A DNA stretch of 41,961 nucleotides, taken from positions 8,598 through 50,558 of the forward strand of contig REGF01000002.1 in the NCBI GenBank assembly GCA_003702465.1, in the 5' to 3' direction. This document shows positions 18,031-27,412 of the stretch, in pieces. Position numbers and translations under genes: made by a program. The stretch's first letter is position 1, and every line of letters starts with the position of its first letter. This DNA comes from Candidatus Nitrosomarinus sp. Its GTDB lineage: Archaea > Thermoproteota > Nitrososphaeria > Nitrososphaerales > Nitrosopumilaceae. The notes under the pieces were generated by a model. The model worked only from the letters and a program-made list of their open reading frames with translations, did not search any database and was not told the DNA's origin.

Positions 18031-18159
18031 ATGCCAAACTGTAGCGTCTGTGGACAAAAATGTGATAATGACATTAGATTACTAAATCATATGATGGAAA
18101 AACACGGTTGGAGAAATCCAAATGTTGGAACTCCTGATAGAAATAGTAGAGGTTACTAA
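18031..18159 (+). CDS. 42-aa C2H2-type zinc-finger microprotein (not in the ORF track)
   Basis: MPNCSVCGQKCDNDIRLLNHMMEKHGWRNPNVGTPDRNSRGY: C-x2-C-x12-H-x4-H; TATA-like TTTTAATA at 17995-18002; stop 2 bp from the convergent pepA stop. Confidence 0.8.
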   Translation: MPNCSVCGQKCDNDIRLLNHMMEKHGWRNPNVGTPDRNSRGY

Positions 18160-18161
18160 TT

Positions 18162-19637
18162 TTACAATTTCTGTAAATAATCTAAAATTAATCTAACTCC
18201 AAATCCTGTTGCACCTTTTGGATTGTATGGTTTATCTTTTGTTGCTGCTCCTTGTGTCCATGCAACACCTGCAATATCAAAATGTGCCCATGGTGTATCT
18301 TTAATTGCACTTTTCAAAAATGCTGCTGCTGTAATTGTTCCAGCTGCTCGTCCAATTCCCATATTTTTAATATCTGCAACATCGGATTTTATCATGTCCA
18401 TATAGTCTTGTGTTAATGGTAATTCCCAAATCTCCTCTGTTGTTGTTTTAGATGATGTTGTTAATTTTTCTGTTAATTGATTATTGTTTGAAACAATTGC
18501 TGCAACATTATTTCCAAGTGCTATTATACATGCACCTGTCAAAGTTGCAAAATCAATAATTGCTTTAGGTGAATATTGTTTTTCACCATAAGCTAAAGCA
18601 TCAGCTAAAATGAGCCTACCTTCTGCATCTGTATTTAGAATTTCTGCAGTTTTTCCATTGTATAGTTTAATTATGTCTCCTGGTCTATAGGCTTCTCCTC
18701 CTGGCATATTTTCTACTGAAGGAATAATTCCAACCACGTTAATTGGTAATTTTAATTCAGAAACTGATTTCATTATTCCTAAAACCGTGCATCCTCCACA
18801 TTTATCAAATTTCATTTCATCCATACTTTGTCCTGGTTTCAATGAAATTCCACCAGTATCAAATGTAACTGCTTTTCCAACTAAAACAATTGGTTTTTGA
18901 TTTTTAGGACCATTGTTATGTTCCATTGTAATTAATTTTGGTTCATTTTTACTTCCTTTGCCTACTGCTGTAATTCCTCCAAAACCTTTTTTCCTTAATT
19001 CTGGTTGTGAAATAACTGTACATTTCATTTTATTCTTTTTTGAAATTTCTTTAGCAAAGTTTGCTAATGTTGTAGGAGTACATTCGTTTGGAGGTAAATT
19101 TCCAACACTCTTTGTAAATATTGCACCATCTGCAACAGCCTCAGCAATTTTGATTGCTTTTGAAATTTTACTTGATTTCGAAACTATGATTGTCATGTCT
19201 GGTGATTTTTCAGCTTTTTCAGCTTTAAATTTGTCAAATTTGTATAATGACATTTTTACACCTTCTACAATCTGGGAAACTGAAGAAATTGAATCGATAA
19301 CAAAAGTTGGTGGTGTTATAATTGAAAATTCTTTTAATTTTAATTCTCTTGCTTTTTGTGCAATTCTGCCTGCAACAAATCTTATTGTATCATTTGTAAT
19401 GTCTTCTTTTTTTCCAATACCTGCCAAAAGGATTCTTTGAGCCTGTTTTTTATTAGGAATTGGAATAATTGTTAATTTTCCTAATTTCCCATTCATATCT
19501 TTAAGTGACTGGTTAATGGAATATGATGTCTTAGCATCTACTTTTGGTAATCCTAAAACTTTGTTTGAATCTTCTAGTACAAATCCACAGAGAAGTTCTG
19601 TTTTTCTTTTTGTAGAACTTTCTGTTTTGATTTTCAT
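18162..19637 (-). CDS. pepA: Leucyl aminopeptidase (M17)
   Basis: GKAVTFDTGG, MKFDK, NTDAEGRL, ATLTGA and HFDIAG motifs. Confidence 0.96.
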   Translation of the reverse strand: MKIKTESSTKRKTELLCGFVLEDSNKVLGLPKVDAKTSYSINQSLKDMNGKLGKLTIIPIPNKKQAQRILLAGIGKKEDITNDTIRFVAGRIAQKARELKLKEFSIITPPTFVIDSISSVSQIVEGVKMSLYKFDKFKAEKAEKSPDMTIIVSKSSKISKAIKIAEAVADGAIFTKSVGNLPPNECTPTTLANFAKEISKKNKMKCTVISQPELRKKGFGGITAVGKGSKNEPKLITMEHNNGPKNQKPIVLVGKAVTFDTGGISLKPGQSMDEMKFDKCGGCTVLGIMKSVSELKLPINVVGIIPSVENMPGGEAYRPGDIIKLYNGKTAEILNTDAEGRLILADALAYGEKQYSPKAIIDFATLTGACIIALGNNVAAIVSNNNQLTEKLTTSSKTTTEEIWELPLTQDYMDMIKSDVADIKNMGIGRAAGTITAAAFLKSAIKDTPWAHFDIAGVAWTQGAATKDKPYNPKGATGFGVRLILDYLQKL

Positions 19638-19659
19638 TATATCTTTGTTTTTTAAAGCA

Positions 19660-20049
19660 TTATTTAGATTTTCTATATTTCAATTTTTTACTATTTGTAA
19701 TTAGTGTAAATGATCTAACAAATACTGCTTTTGCACTTTTACATTCATTACTGCAAATATTATCCATTTGAGCAAATTTGGTTTTTCTTGGATTTGAGGA
19801 AAAAATTGATTTTATTAATGGTAGTAATGCTGCTCTTCCCCCACTTGCTGTATTTTCATCAATAAACCAAAACATTTCCAATGCTGAATCATCTAAAATC
19901 TCTTCACGAATTTTCTTTCCAAAATTTGAATAATGACCTACCATTGTAATTTTTCCTCTTGCAAAAAAATTTACAATTGATGCAAATTTTATACAAACAT
20001 AACATTCATCATCAAAGAGTACAATTGGAATTTCATTTTTAATTTCCAC
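19660..20049 (-). CDS. DCC1/DUF393-like thiol-disulfide oxidoreductase
   Basis: N-terminal VLFDDECYVC (DxxCxxC) plus a second CxxxC. Confidence 0.75.
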   Translation of the reverse strand: MEIKNEIPIVLFDDECYVCIKFASIVNFFARGKITMVGHYSNFGKKIREEILDDSALEMFWFIDENTASGGRAALLPLIKSIFSSNPRKTKFAQMDNICSNECKSAKAVFVRSFTLITNSKKLKYRKSK

Positions 20050-20124
20050 ATCTATGTTAAATTGCGATCAAATTAAAATATTACAGAAGTAGATTTTTAT
20101 TCAATTTATGAAGAAACGATCCAG

Positions 20125-21792
20125 ATGGGTCTTAATTATTATCAAATTAAAAAAAATATTCTAAGAGCTCGTAAATTAGTAATTAAAGCAACAAATTCTG
20201 CAGGTTCTGGGCATCCTGGCGGCTCATTTTCAATGGCTGAAATCTTAGGTTGTTTGTTTAACAAACATTTGAAATTTGACCCTCAAAATCCTCAATGGGA
20301 AGATCGTGATAGATTAGTACTGTCAAAAGGTCATGCTGCACCTGGATTGTTTTCTAATATGGCTGTGGCAGGATATTTTCCTGAATCTGAAATGGAAACT
20401 TTGCGAAAATTTGGAAGTAAATTACAGGGACATCCAGATCTAAAATGTCCTGGTGTTGAATTTTGTGGAGGTTCATTGGGAACTGGATTGTCTTATTCTG
20501 TTGGAATTGCACTTGCTGCAAAAATTGATTCAAAAGATCATCATGTCTATACAATTATTGGTGATGGTGAATCTGATGAAGGTCAAGTTTGGGAAGCTGC
20601 AATGACAGCTTCAAAATACAAAGTTGATAATCTAACCGTTTTTCTTGATAGAAATTTCATTCAACAAGATTCTTACACTGAAAAAGTAATGCCATTGGAT
20701 GAAAAATTAGAAAGTGATGATATTACAGAAATGTGGAAAGATGCATCAAGATGGAAGACTGGTGATAAATGGAGATCATTTGGTTGGAATGTTCTTGAAA
20801 TTGATGGACATCGAGTTGAACAAATTGATGCAGCAATTACTAAAGCTAATGCAACTAAAGGAGTTCCAACAATTATTATTTCTAGAACTATCAAAGGAAA
20901 GTCTTTGGAACATATGGAAGATAATCCTCAATGGCATGGTAAAGCTCCCGATACTGATGTTGTGCCTATAATTAACTTAGAATTGGATTCTCAATTTTTG
21001 ATTGCCCCTTCAATTATTGCTGGTGATATGTCTAACTTAGAAAATGAAGTAAAGAGATGTGTAACTGGAAGATCTGATTTAATTCATCTTGATGTTATGG
21101 ATGGTCAATTTGTACCAACAAAAACATTTGATCATAATAAAATTAAAGAACTTAGACCATTAACTGTGATTCCATTTGATACACATCTAATGATAAATGA
21201 TCCTGTAAAATATGTGAAAGACTACATTGATGCTGGTAGTGATATTGTTACAGTTCATGCTGAAGTTACTGATGAATCTAGTTTCGGAGAAATCCATGAC
21301 ACGTTAAAACAAAATCAAGTAGGTGTTGGTTTTGCTATCAACCCTGATACAGAATTACCTGAATGGTCTTACAAATTTTTGTCTACATTAGATCAATTAA
21401 TTGTCATGTCTGTTGTACCTGGAAAATCTGGTCAAAAATACATTGAAGAAACTCATTCCAAAATGGCTCGATTGAATTCTATTCTAAATGAGCATAATTT
21501 TTCTGGTATTATTGAGGCTGACGGAGGTGTGAATATTGAAAATATTGGTTCGGTATTTGCAGATGGTGCTCGTGCTTTTGTTGGCGGTGGTGCAATAATT
21601 GGACAACAGGATGTTAGAGCTGCAATTAAAGATTTTAGAATTGCTGTTTTAAAATCAAGACGAACAATGTTGTTAGATAAAGCAAATCAATTAGGTGGTT
21701 CTGATTTGGTAAACAAATGGATTGGATTACATGTTATTGGTGCAAAACAAGAAGAAATTAAAAAAATTGCTCAGGAGGCAGGATATCTATGA
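20125..21792 (+). CDS. Fusion of transketolase N-terminal (TPP-binding) subunit and ribulose-phosphate 3-epimerase
   Basis: SGHPGG, LSKGH, QGHP and GDGE...N (transketolase); then IAPSI, HLDVMDGQFVP, DTHLMI, MSVVPG and ADGG (RPE). Confidence 0.93.
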   Translation: MGLNYYQIKKNILRARKLVIKATNSAGSGHPGGSFSMAEILGCLFNKHLKFDPQNPQWEDRDRLVLSKGHAAPGLFSNMAVAGYFPESEMETLRKFGSKLQGHPDLKCPGVEFCGGSLGTGLSYSVGIALAAKIDSKDHHVYTIIGDGESDEGQVWEAAMTASKYKVDNLTVFLDRNFIQQDSYTEKVMPLDEKLESDDITEMWKDASRWKTGDKWRSFGWNVLEIDGHRVEQIDAAITKANATKGVPTIIISRTIKGKSLEHMEDNPQWHGKAPDTDVVPIINLELDSQFLIAPSIIAGDMSNLENEVKRCVTGRSDLIHLDVMDGQFVPTKTFDHNKIKELRPLTVIPFDTHLMINDPVKYVKDYIDAGSDIVTVHAEVTDESSFGEIHDTLKQNQVGVGFAINPDTELPEWSYKFLSTLDQLIVMSVVPGKSGQKYIEETHSKMARLNSILNEHNFSGIIEADGGVNIENIGSVFADGARAFVGGGAIIGQQDVRAAIKDFRIAVLKSRRTMLLDKANQLGGSDLVNKWIGLHVIGAKQEEIKKIAQEAGYL

Positions 21793-22763
21793 ATGATCCA
21801 GTAATGACTGATATGCGTTCAGAATATTCAAAATCATTAATTCAAGTTGGACATGATAATCCAAATGTAGTTGTTTTGGGAGCTGACACAACTGATTCGT
21901 TAAAAACTTCTGGATTTGGAAAACAATTCCCTGATAGATTTTTCAATGTTGGTATAGCTGAAGCAAATCTAGTTACAATGTCAGCTGGATTAGCTGTATC
22001 CGGAAAAGTTTCTTTTGCAAGTACTTATGCAATTTTTTTACCTGGTAGAGCTGTTGATCAAATTAGAAACAATATTGCATATCCATCACCTCCAGGAAAA
22101 AAAGGACTAAATGTAAAATTAGTCACGTCTCATGGAGGTTTGTCTGTAGGACCTGATGGTGGTTCACATCAACAAATTGAGGATATTGCAATAATGAGAG
22201 TTATTCCAAACTTTCGTGTTTTTATTCCTGCTGACACTATTGCTGTTTCAAAATTAACACATTTGATGGCATCTGAATATGGACCATTTTACATGCGAAT
22301 GGCAAGATCAAAAACACCTGTAGTACATTCAGAATCTCAAGAATTTAAAATTGGTAAAGGAATTACTGTTAGAGATGGTTCTGATTGTACAATTGCTGCA
22401 TGTGGAATTACTGTTAGAATGGCATTAGAAGCTGCTGAAATGCTACAGCAAGATGGAATTTCTTGTAGAGTGTTAGACATATTTTCTATCAAGCCTATAG
22501 ATAATGAAATTTTAGAAAAAGCAGCAAGAGAAACTGGCTGTATTGTAACAACTGAGGAACACAATATCTTTGGTGGAATGGGCTCAGCCGTAGCAGAATC
22601 TGTTTCTGAGTCTTATCCTGTTCCAATTAAGAGAATTGGAGCCCAAGATATGTTTGGTGAATCTGCACGTGATGCTGAAATTCCATTACTCTTAGAGAAG
22701 CATGGAATTACATCTTTTAATATGGCAAAACAAGCTAAAGAACTGAGGAGTAAAAAAATATGA
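21789..22763 (+). CDS. Transketolase C-terminal subunit
   Basis: RFFNVGIAEAN, GPDGGSHQ and EEHN..GG.G motifs. Confidence 0.93.
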   Translation: MNDPVMTDMRSEYSKSLIQVGHDNPNVVVLGADTTDSLKTSGFGKQFPDRFFNVGIAEANLVTMSAGLAVSGKVSFASTYAIFLPGRAVDQIRNNIAYPSPPGKKGLNVKLVTSHGGLSVGPDGGSHQQIEDIAIMRVIPNFRVFIPADTIAVSKLTHLMASEYGPFYMRMARSKTPVVHSESQEFKIGKGITVRDGSDCTIAACGITVRMALEAAEMLQQDGISCRVLDIFSIKPIDNEILEKAARETGCIVTTEEHNIFGGMGSAVAESVSESYPVPIKRIGAQDMFGESARDAEIPLLLEKHGITSFNMAKQAKELRSKKI

Positions 22764-23425
22764 AAATTTTTCTTGATACTGCTAATTTAGAATCCATTAA
22801 AAAATTCAATGATATGGGATTGCTAGATGGAATTACAACTAATCCTTCTTTGATGTCAAAGGAAGGTGGTAATCCAAAAGATGCAATGGAAGAAATCACA
22901 AAAATCATTCAAGGTGATGTCAGTTTAGAAGTTGTTAGTACTGATTATTCTGGAATGCTTGAAGAAGGTAAACGTCTTCGTGAATATGGAGAAAATGTTG
23001 TTGTAAAAGTTCCAATGACTCCTGATGGTCTAAAAGCATGTAAATCGTTTTCATCACAAGGAATTCCTGTTAACGTTACTTTGATATTTTCTGCAAATCA
23101 AGCTTTACTTGCAGCAAAATCTGGTGCAAAATATGTTAGTCCATTTATTGGTAGATTAGATGATATTGGCCAAAATGGAATGACACTAATCAAAGAAATA
23201 AAAGAAATCTTTTCAAATTATACTTTTGATACACAAATTTTAGTTGCAAGTGTTCGTCACCCATTACATGTAATTGATGCAGCTAAAATTGGTGCAGATG
23301 TAGTGACATTACCTCCTGGCGTTTTAGATAAAATGCTTCAACACCCTTTGACAAAAATTGGTTTAGATAATTTTCTTGCTGACTGGGAAAAGTTGAAACA
23401 AAAAAATCCTGATACAAAAATATAA
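22760..23425 (+). CDS. tal: Transaldolase (short TalC/FSA type)
   Basis: FLDTAN, GITTNPS, VVKVP (Schiff-base Lys), NVTLIFS and SPFIGR. Confidence 0.93.
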   Translation: MKIFLDTANLESIKKFNDMGLLDGITTNPSLMSKEGGNPKDAMEEITKIIQGDVSLEVVSTDYSGMLEEGKRLREYGENVVVKVPMTPDGLKACKSFSSQGIPVNVTLIFSANQALLAAKSGAKYVSPFIGRLDDIGQNGMTLIKEIKEIFSNYTFDTQILVASVRHPLHVIDAAKIGADVVTLPPGVLDKMLQHPLTKIGLDNFLADWEKLKQKNPDTKI

Positions 23426-23469
23426 TCTATTTTAGAAAAATATAAGAAAAATAAAATCCAAAAAGGAGT

Positions 23470-23730
23470 TTATGTTTTGGCTTTTCTTGAACCAGTACCT
23501 CTACCAGTACTTCTTGTACTACCTTTGGTTGAAGGTCTAGCTTTTGGTTCAGGAGTATCTGAAAGTTTTCTTCTACCAGTTCCTCTACCTGTTGAAACTG
23601 TAACGCTGCCTGCAGCTTTCTTTCTTTCAGCTTGAATTTTTTTAAATTCTTCGCCTGAGAATTTAAGATCTTCTACATCAACTTCTATTGTTCCAGTTCC
23701 TCTACCTGTTCTGATTTTAACTTTAACCAT
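23470..23730 (-). CDS. Small basic protein with three TGRGTG repeats
   Basis: 86 aa, K/R-rich; TGRGTG at residues 8-13, 47-52 and 75-80; TATA-like element about 30 nt upstream. Confidence 0.75.
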   Translation of the reverse strand: MVKVKIRTGRGTGTIEVDVEDLKFSGEEFKKIQAERKKAAGSVTVSTGRGTGRRKLSDTPEPKARPSTKGSTRSTGRGTGSRKAKT

Positions 23731-23876
23731 GTTTTTACTAAAATCATCTACGGGCTTTTATAAGATATGTCTATATTTTACATCTAAAAACAAACTATCA
23801 TAATTTCACTATTTTATGATACTATAGAAAATTGATTTTCCATACCATCAAATTAGAACATTTAAAAAAATCCCTA

Positions 23877-24659
23877 ATGAAGAAGATCTTTCTAATTTTA
23901 CCTGTAATAGCATTTGCAGTACTTCTTTTGAATGGGTTTTACGGTCATTTACTTTTTACATCTCCATATGATCAAGACATTAACAAATATTCAATCTATG
24001 TACATTTTCAAGAGGAGTGGAATAGTTATCCTGTGAATGTTTTATTTGAAATAACAAATGTTTGGTCAAATCCAAATCAGAACGAAAGTGTTTATTCTGC
24101 TGATTTTTCTGATGTCACTAATTTTGATAATTATAATTCCAATAATCTACAATTTCAAGATAATCGTGGTTATGTTGAATTAAAACATCAATTTAGTGAT
24201 TGTAATTCAAGTTGGAAACCTATGACATATCGCTATGTGATTGATTCTCTAAGAAATCAAATTGAATTAATTCAAGGTTCTCAATTGAATAGTGATACTT
24301 ATGTTTCTATTTTACCTAACATCAAATCTATTAATTCAGCTGATTCTAATTATTATGCTCAATTCATTCCAATTTGTTCTGATGAAAAAATAACTTCTTA
24401 TGAATATTCAATTTCTATTGATGATCAAAATTCTTGGTTTGATGTATATTTTGTTGATTCGAAAAAAGAATTTAATAATTATTTAAAAAATAAAAAATTT
24501 AAGTTTTATACAGATGAGGGTTGTTTTGGAAATAGTTTTACTAGTTTTAGTGGGGTATGTGAAAACATAGATGGAGAATCTGGATTATTAATTTTGATTC
24601 CAGATAATTTGAATCGTTCTCTAACAAAAATAAAAGTAAATCTTCATGAAAAAATTTAG
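23877..24659 (+). CDS. Hypothetical membrane-anchored or secreted protein
   Basis: MKK plus a hydrophobic N-terminal helix; 4 Cys; N/S/D-rich; start set at the ATG at 23877. Confidence 0.7.
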   Translation: MKKIFLILPVIAFAVLLLNGFYGHLLFTSPYDQDINKYSIYVHFQEEWNSYPVNVLFEITNVWSNPNQNESVYSADFSDVTNFDNYNSNNLQFQDNRGYVELKHQFSDCNSSWKPMTYRYVIDSLRNQIELIQGSQLNSDTYVSILPNIKSINSADSNYYAQFIPICSDEKITSYEYSISIDDQNSWFDVYFVDSKKEFNNYLKNKKFKFYTDEGCFGNSFTSFSGVCENIDGESGLLILIPDNLNRSLTKIKVNLHEKI

Positions 24660-24667
24660 AATCTTTA

Positions 24668-25690
24668 CTAGCTGTTTATCCAGCCTAATTTTTTGAAATA
24701 AATGAACATCAAAATTGCAGGTATTGCAGATGCCAGAATTATGACTATAAATGTAGTAAATGGGCCTAAAATCATTGAATTTTCTTCAATTCCACCTGGT
24801 AGATTGACATTCATTCCATAAAATGTTCCAATTACTGTTGATGGAATAGCTAATGTAAAAATCATAGTTAGAACAGCTAACACTTTGTTTGTTTTTTCAT
24901 TACTTAACACAAAATCTGTATCCTTGTAAATTTCCATAGTTTCTCTTGATTCTTCTAATGTTTCTATGACTTTGTCAATGTGATCAATCACATCATCAAA
25001 ATATAGAGCTAGTTCATCATCTGAATTATCAGAAAATCTTTTTACATTTTTTGCAATCTCTAGTACAAATTTCTTTAGTGGAACTGAAATTCTTCTCAAT
25101 CTATTGATTTCTCTTCTAAGCAATGCAATACTTCTGGCAACTGGTTTTGATTCATCAAATACATTATCTTCCATCTCATCCAGATTGGCAATAATTTTTC
25201 TTGATGTGTGTAAAAGATCATCTACTAATGCATCGATAATTTCGTGTAGTAAATCTCCAGATGATTCACCTACTAATCTATTTTTTAATTCTTTATCAGA
25301 ATCCAAAACACATGTTTGTACTAATTGTACTAATGGTTTAAGATCTCCTTGATGTACTGTTACTAGAAAATTTTTTCCTACAAAAATAGATAATTGACTA
25401 TTTTTTGAAATTCCAATCTTTTGTGCTAGTGGTGGGAATTGTAAAATTACAAAGAAATGATCATCATAACTGTGAAGTGTTGGAGGTTTAAATTTTGTCA
25501 TACAATCTTCAATGTTTAATTCATTGAAATTGTAATTTGGAGCTAATTTTTCAACATCTTCTCTATCTGGATTTTGTAAATCTATCCATGTAAATCCATT
25601 ACCTTGAATTGTTTCTATTTTTCTTTCTACAGGTACCTCTAGTGATTTCTTTCCAGAACGTAGTCTGTTAGTAATGAATCCTCGTCTCAT
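24668..25690 (-). CDS. corA: CorA-family Mg2+/Co2+ transporter
   Basis: WIDL..P, GTFYGMNV signature and two C-terminal TMs; start uncertain (25690 or 25702). Confidence 0.93.
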   Translation of the reverse strand: MRRGFITNRLRSGKKSLEVPVERKIETIQGNGFTWIDLQNPDREDVEKLAPNYNFNELNIEDCMTKFKPPTLHSYDDHFFVILQFPPLAQKIGISKNSQLSIFVGKNFLVTVHQGDLKPLVQLVQTCVLDSDKELKNRLVGESSGDLLHEIIDALVDDLLHTSRKIIANLDEMEDNVFDESKPVARSIALLRREINRLRRISVPLKKFVLEIAKNVKRFSDNSDDELALYFDDVIDHIDKVIETLEESRETMEIYKDTDFVLSNEKTNKVLAVLTMIFTLAIPSTVIGTFYGMNVNLPGGIEENSMILGPFTTFIVIILASAIPAILMFIYFKKLGWINS

Positions 25691-25853
25691 GGTGAAAGAC
25701 ACCCAGATTCTTCAAATTTAAAGCGATCGTTACTGCTTATTCATAAAATATCTTTAATTCTGATTTGAGGCTAATTTTTTATAGAATTTTGATTATTTTT
25801 CACATCATTCAATGTTAAAGATTATTACAGGATTAAAAAATTAATTTTTTTGT

Positions 25854-25926
25854 GGCCTTCGTAGTACAGTGGTTAGTATAGAGGATTGTGGATCCTCGGA
25901 CAGGAGTTCGATTCCCCTCGAGGGCC
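25854..25926 (+). tRNA. tRNA-His (GTG) with genome-encoded G-1
   Basis: G+GCCTTCG/CGAGGGC+C acceptor; anticodon arm GAGGA-TTGTGGA-TCCTC; T-loop TTCGATT. Confidence 0.94.
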
Positions 25927-25935
25927 CTTTTTATT

Positions 25936-26283
25936 TTAAAATACTCCAAATTTGCTTGATTCCATCTCTTCTTTGATGGCAATTTTAAATCTAGGTGATT
26001 TTTTTTCAACATTTTTTGTTAACCATGTTAGAAATTTTTTGTCTGTTGTTTTACCCTTTAATTTTTGAAAATCTTGAGCCATCATTGATTCTAGTTTTTG
26101 TATTAATGTTCTATTTACACTCAGTACAAAAAAATGCCATCCAAAAGCAAATTCTGAATCTGTCATAATGAAATCATCTTCTCCATGAACCATTTCTTCT
26201 AAAAATGTCAGTTGCTGTGTTAATGCTTTACTTGTTTTATCGTAATCTATTGCAGAAACATTGATGTTTAATCTACTTTCCAT
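25936..26283 (-). CDS. Hypothetical protein
   Basis: 115-aa ORF with ATG start and typical composition, co-oriented with its neighbours. Confidence 0.75.
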   Translation of the reverse strand: MESRLNINVSAIDYDKTSKALTQQLTFLEEMVHGEDDFIMTDSEFAFGWHFFVLSVNRTLIQKLESMMAQDFQKLKGKTTDKKFLTWLTKNVEKKSPRFKIAIKEEMESSKFGVF

Positions 26284-26320
26284 AATTTTTTCAAGGATTT
26301 ACAAAATAAAAGGATTACAC

Positions 26321-27082
26321 CTATTTTTTTAATAAATATTCAAAATCTATATCAAAATGCATTTTCATTATTCCGATATATGTTCGAATTGACTCTGGAA
26401 CTTCTTCAGTACATGTAACCCCTAATTCTTTAGCATTAATCCAAATTATCAATGTTTGAAGAATTGTTAGAAATCGATCATTTTTAATCTCTGAACCTGA
26501 CATTGATTTGGTATATCTTTCTGCAAATTCCCATGCTGTAACAAAATCTATGCATTTCACGCCAAAAACAGCTAATAATTGCTCTTGCAAATTTTTTGCT
26601 TTTTGAAATGGAATTTTATTAATTATGTATGGAAAATTAACTTTCTCAGGAAGATAATTTGGAAGCGGTCCCCAAATTGTGATTATTTTTGTTTCTGGTT
26701 TTAGTGTTTCAAACTTTTTTGTCATCTCATTAATTATTTCTTCATCTGTAAACCAAAATAATATTACAGTTGCATCTGATAGATCTGATTCTTGTATATT
26801 TTTATGAATAATTTCTACATCAATATTTTTCTCATTGATGATATTTTGTGCATTTTGAACTTTTTCATAATTGTTATCGATACCTATTACTTTTTTTACT
26901 TTGAATTCTTTGTTTGCAATTTCTAATCCTTTTTCATCGTGACAGCCAAGATGGTAAAAAATATCATCTTTTCCTAGATCTGCAAATTTAAAAATTTCTC
27001 TAAATGTTTTTTCAGATAGTTGAACGTCTTCACCACTAAGAACATTTTTTGGAAGTGTATCTAGATATTCTTCAAATTTCAA
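26321..27082 (-). CDS. Class I SAM-dependent methyltransferase-like protein with a C-terminal helical extension
   Basis: DIFYHLGC, VIGID, DLSDATVILFW and LKP motifs. Confidence 0.75.
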   Translation of the reverse strand: MKFEEYLDTLPKNVLSGEDVQLSEKTFREIFKFADLGKDDIFYHLGCHDEKGLEIANKEFKVKKVIGIDNNYEKVQNAQNIINEKNIDVEIIHKNIQESDLSDATVILFWFTDEEIINEMTKKFETLKPETKIITIWGPLPNYLPEKVNFPYIINKIPFQKAKNLQEQLLAVFGVKCIDFVTAWEFAERYTKSMSGSEIKNDRFLTILQTLIIWINAKELGVTCTEEVPESIRTYIGIMKMHFDIDFEYLLKK

Positions 27083-27107
27083 TAATTAGGCTATTTTAAA
27101 CTGGAAT

Positions 27108-27377
27108 TTATTCTCTTATACTTTCTAATTTTGACACTGCTTGCCATAATTGAGTTCTTACATATGATGGCATGTTTGGATCTTGTGTTACATCATCTAA
27201 TAGACTAATTGTATTTGCAGCTCTAACTGATAATGAATATTCTTCTTTCATCAAATCTTCAACAAGGTCCGTAATTGATTTCTTTATTGTTTTTGGAGTT
27301 GAATTCGTTGATATAATCAAGTTTAATGTGTCAACAGCTTCTTTCATTGCTTGTTTGTTTTGAGTTTCATCGGCCAT
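27108..27377 (-). CDS. UPF0147 family protein
   Basis: VRAANTISLLDDVTQDPNMPSYVRTQLWQAVSKLE motif; likely start MADET. Confidence 0.85.
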   Translation of the reverse strand: MADETQNKQAMKEAVDTLNLIISTNSTPKTIKKSITDLVEDLMKEEYSLSVRAANTISLLDDVTQDPNMPSYVRTQLWQAVSKLESIRE

Positions 27378-27412
27378 CTTTAACATATTTTGTTAAAAAT
27401 TCGCATATATAG

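Noticed and set aside
25703-25853. 150-bp gap between corA and tRNA-His as a possible ncRNA or riboswitch
   Set aside because: Very AT-rich with no stable structure or box set visible; explained by divergent promoters.
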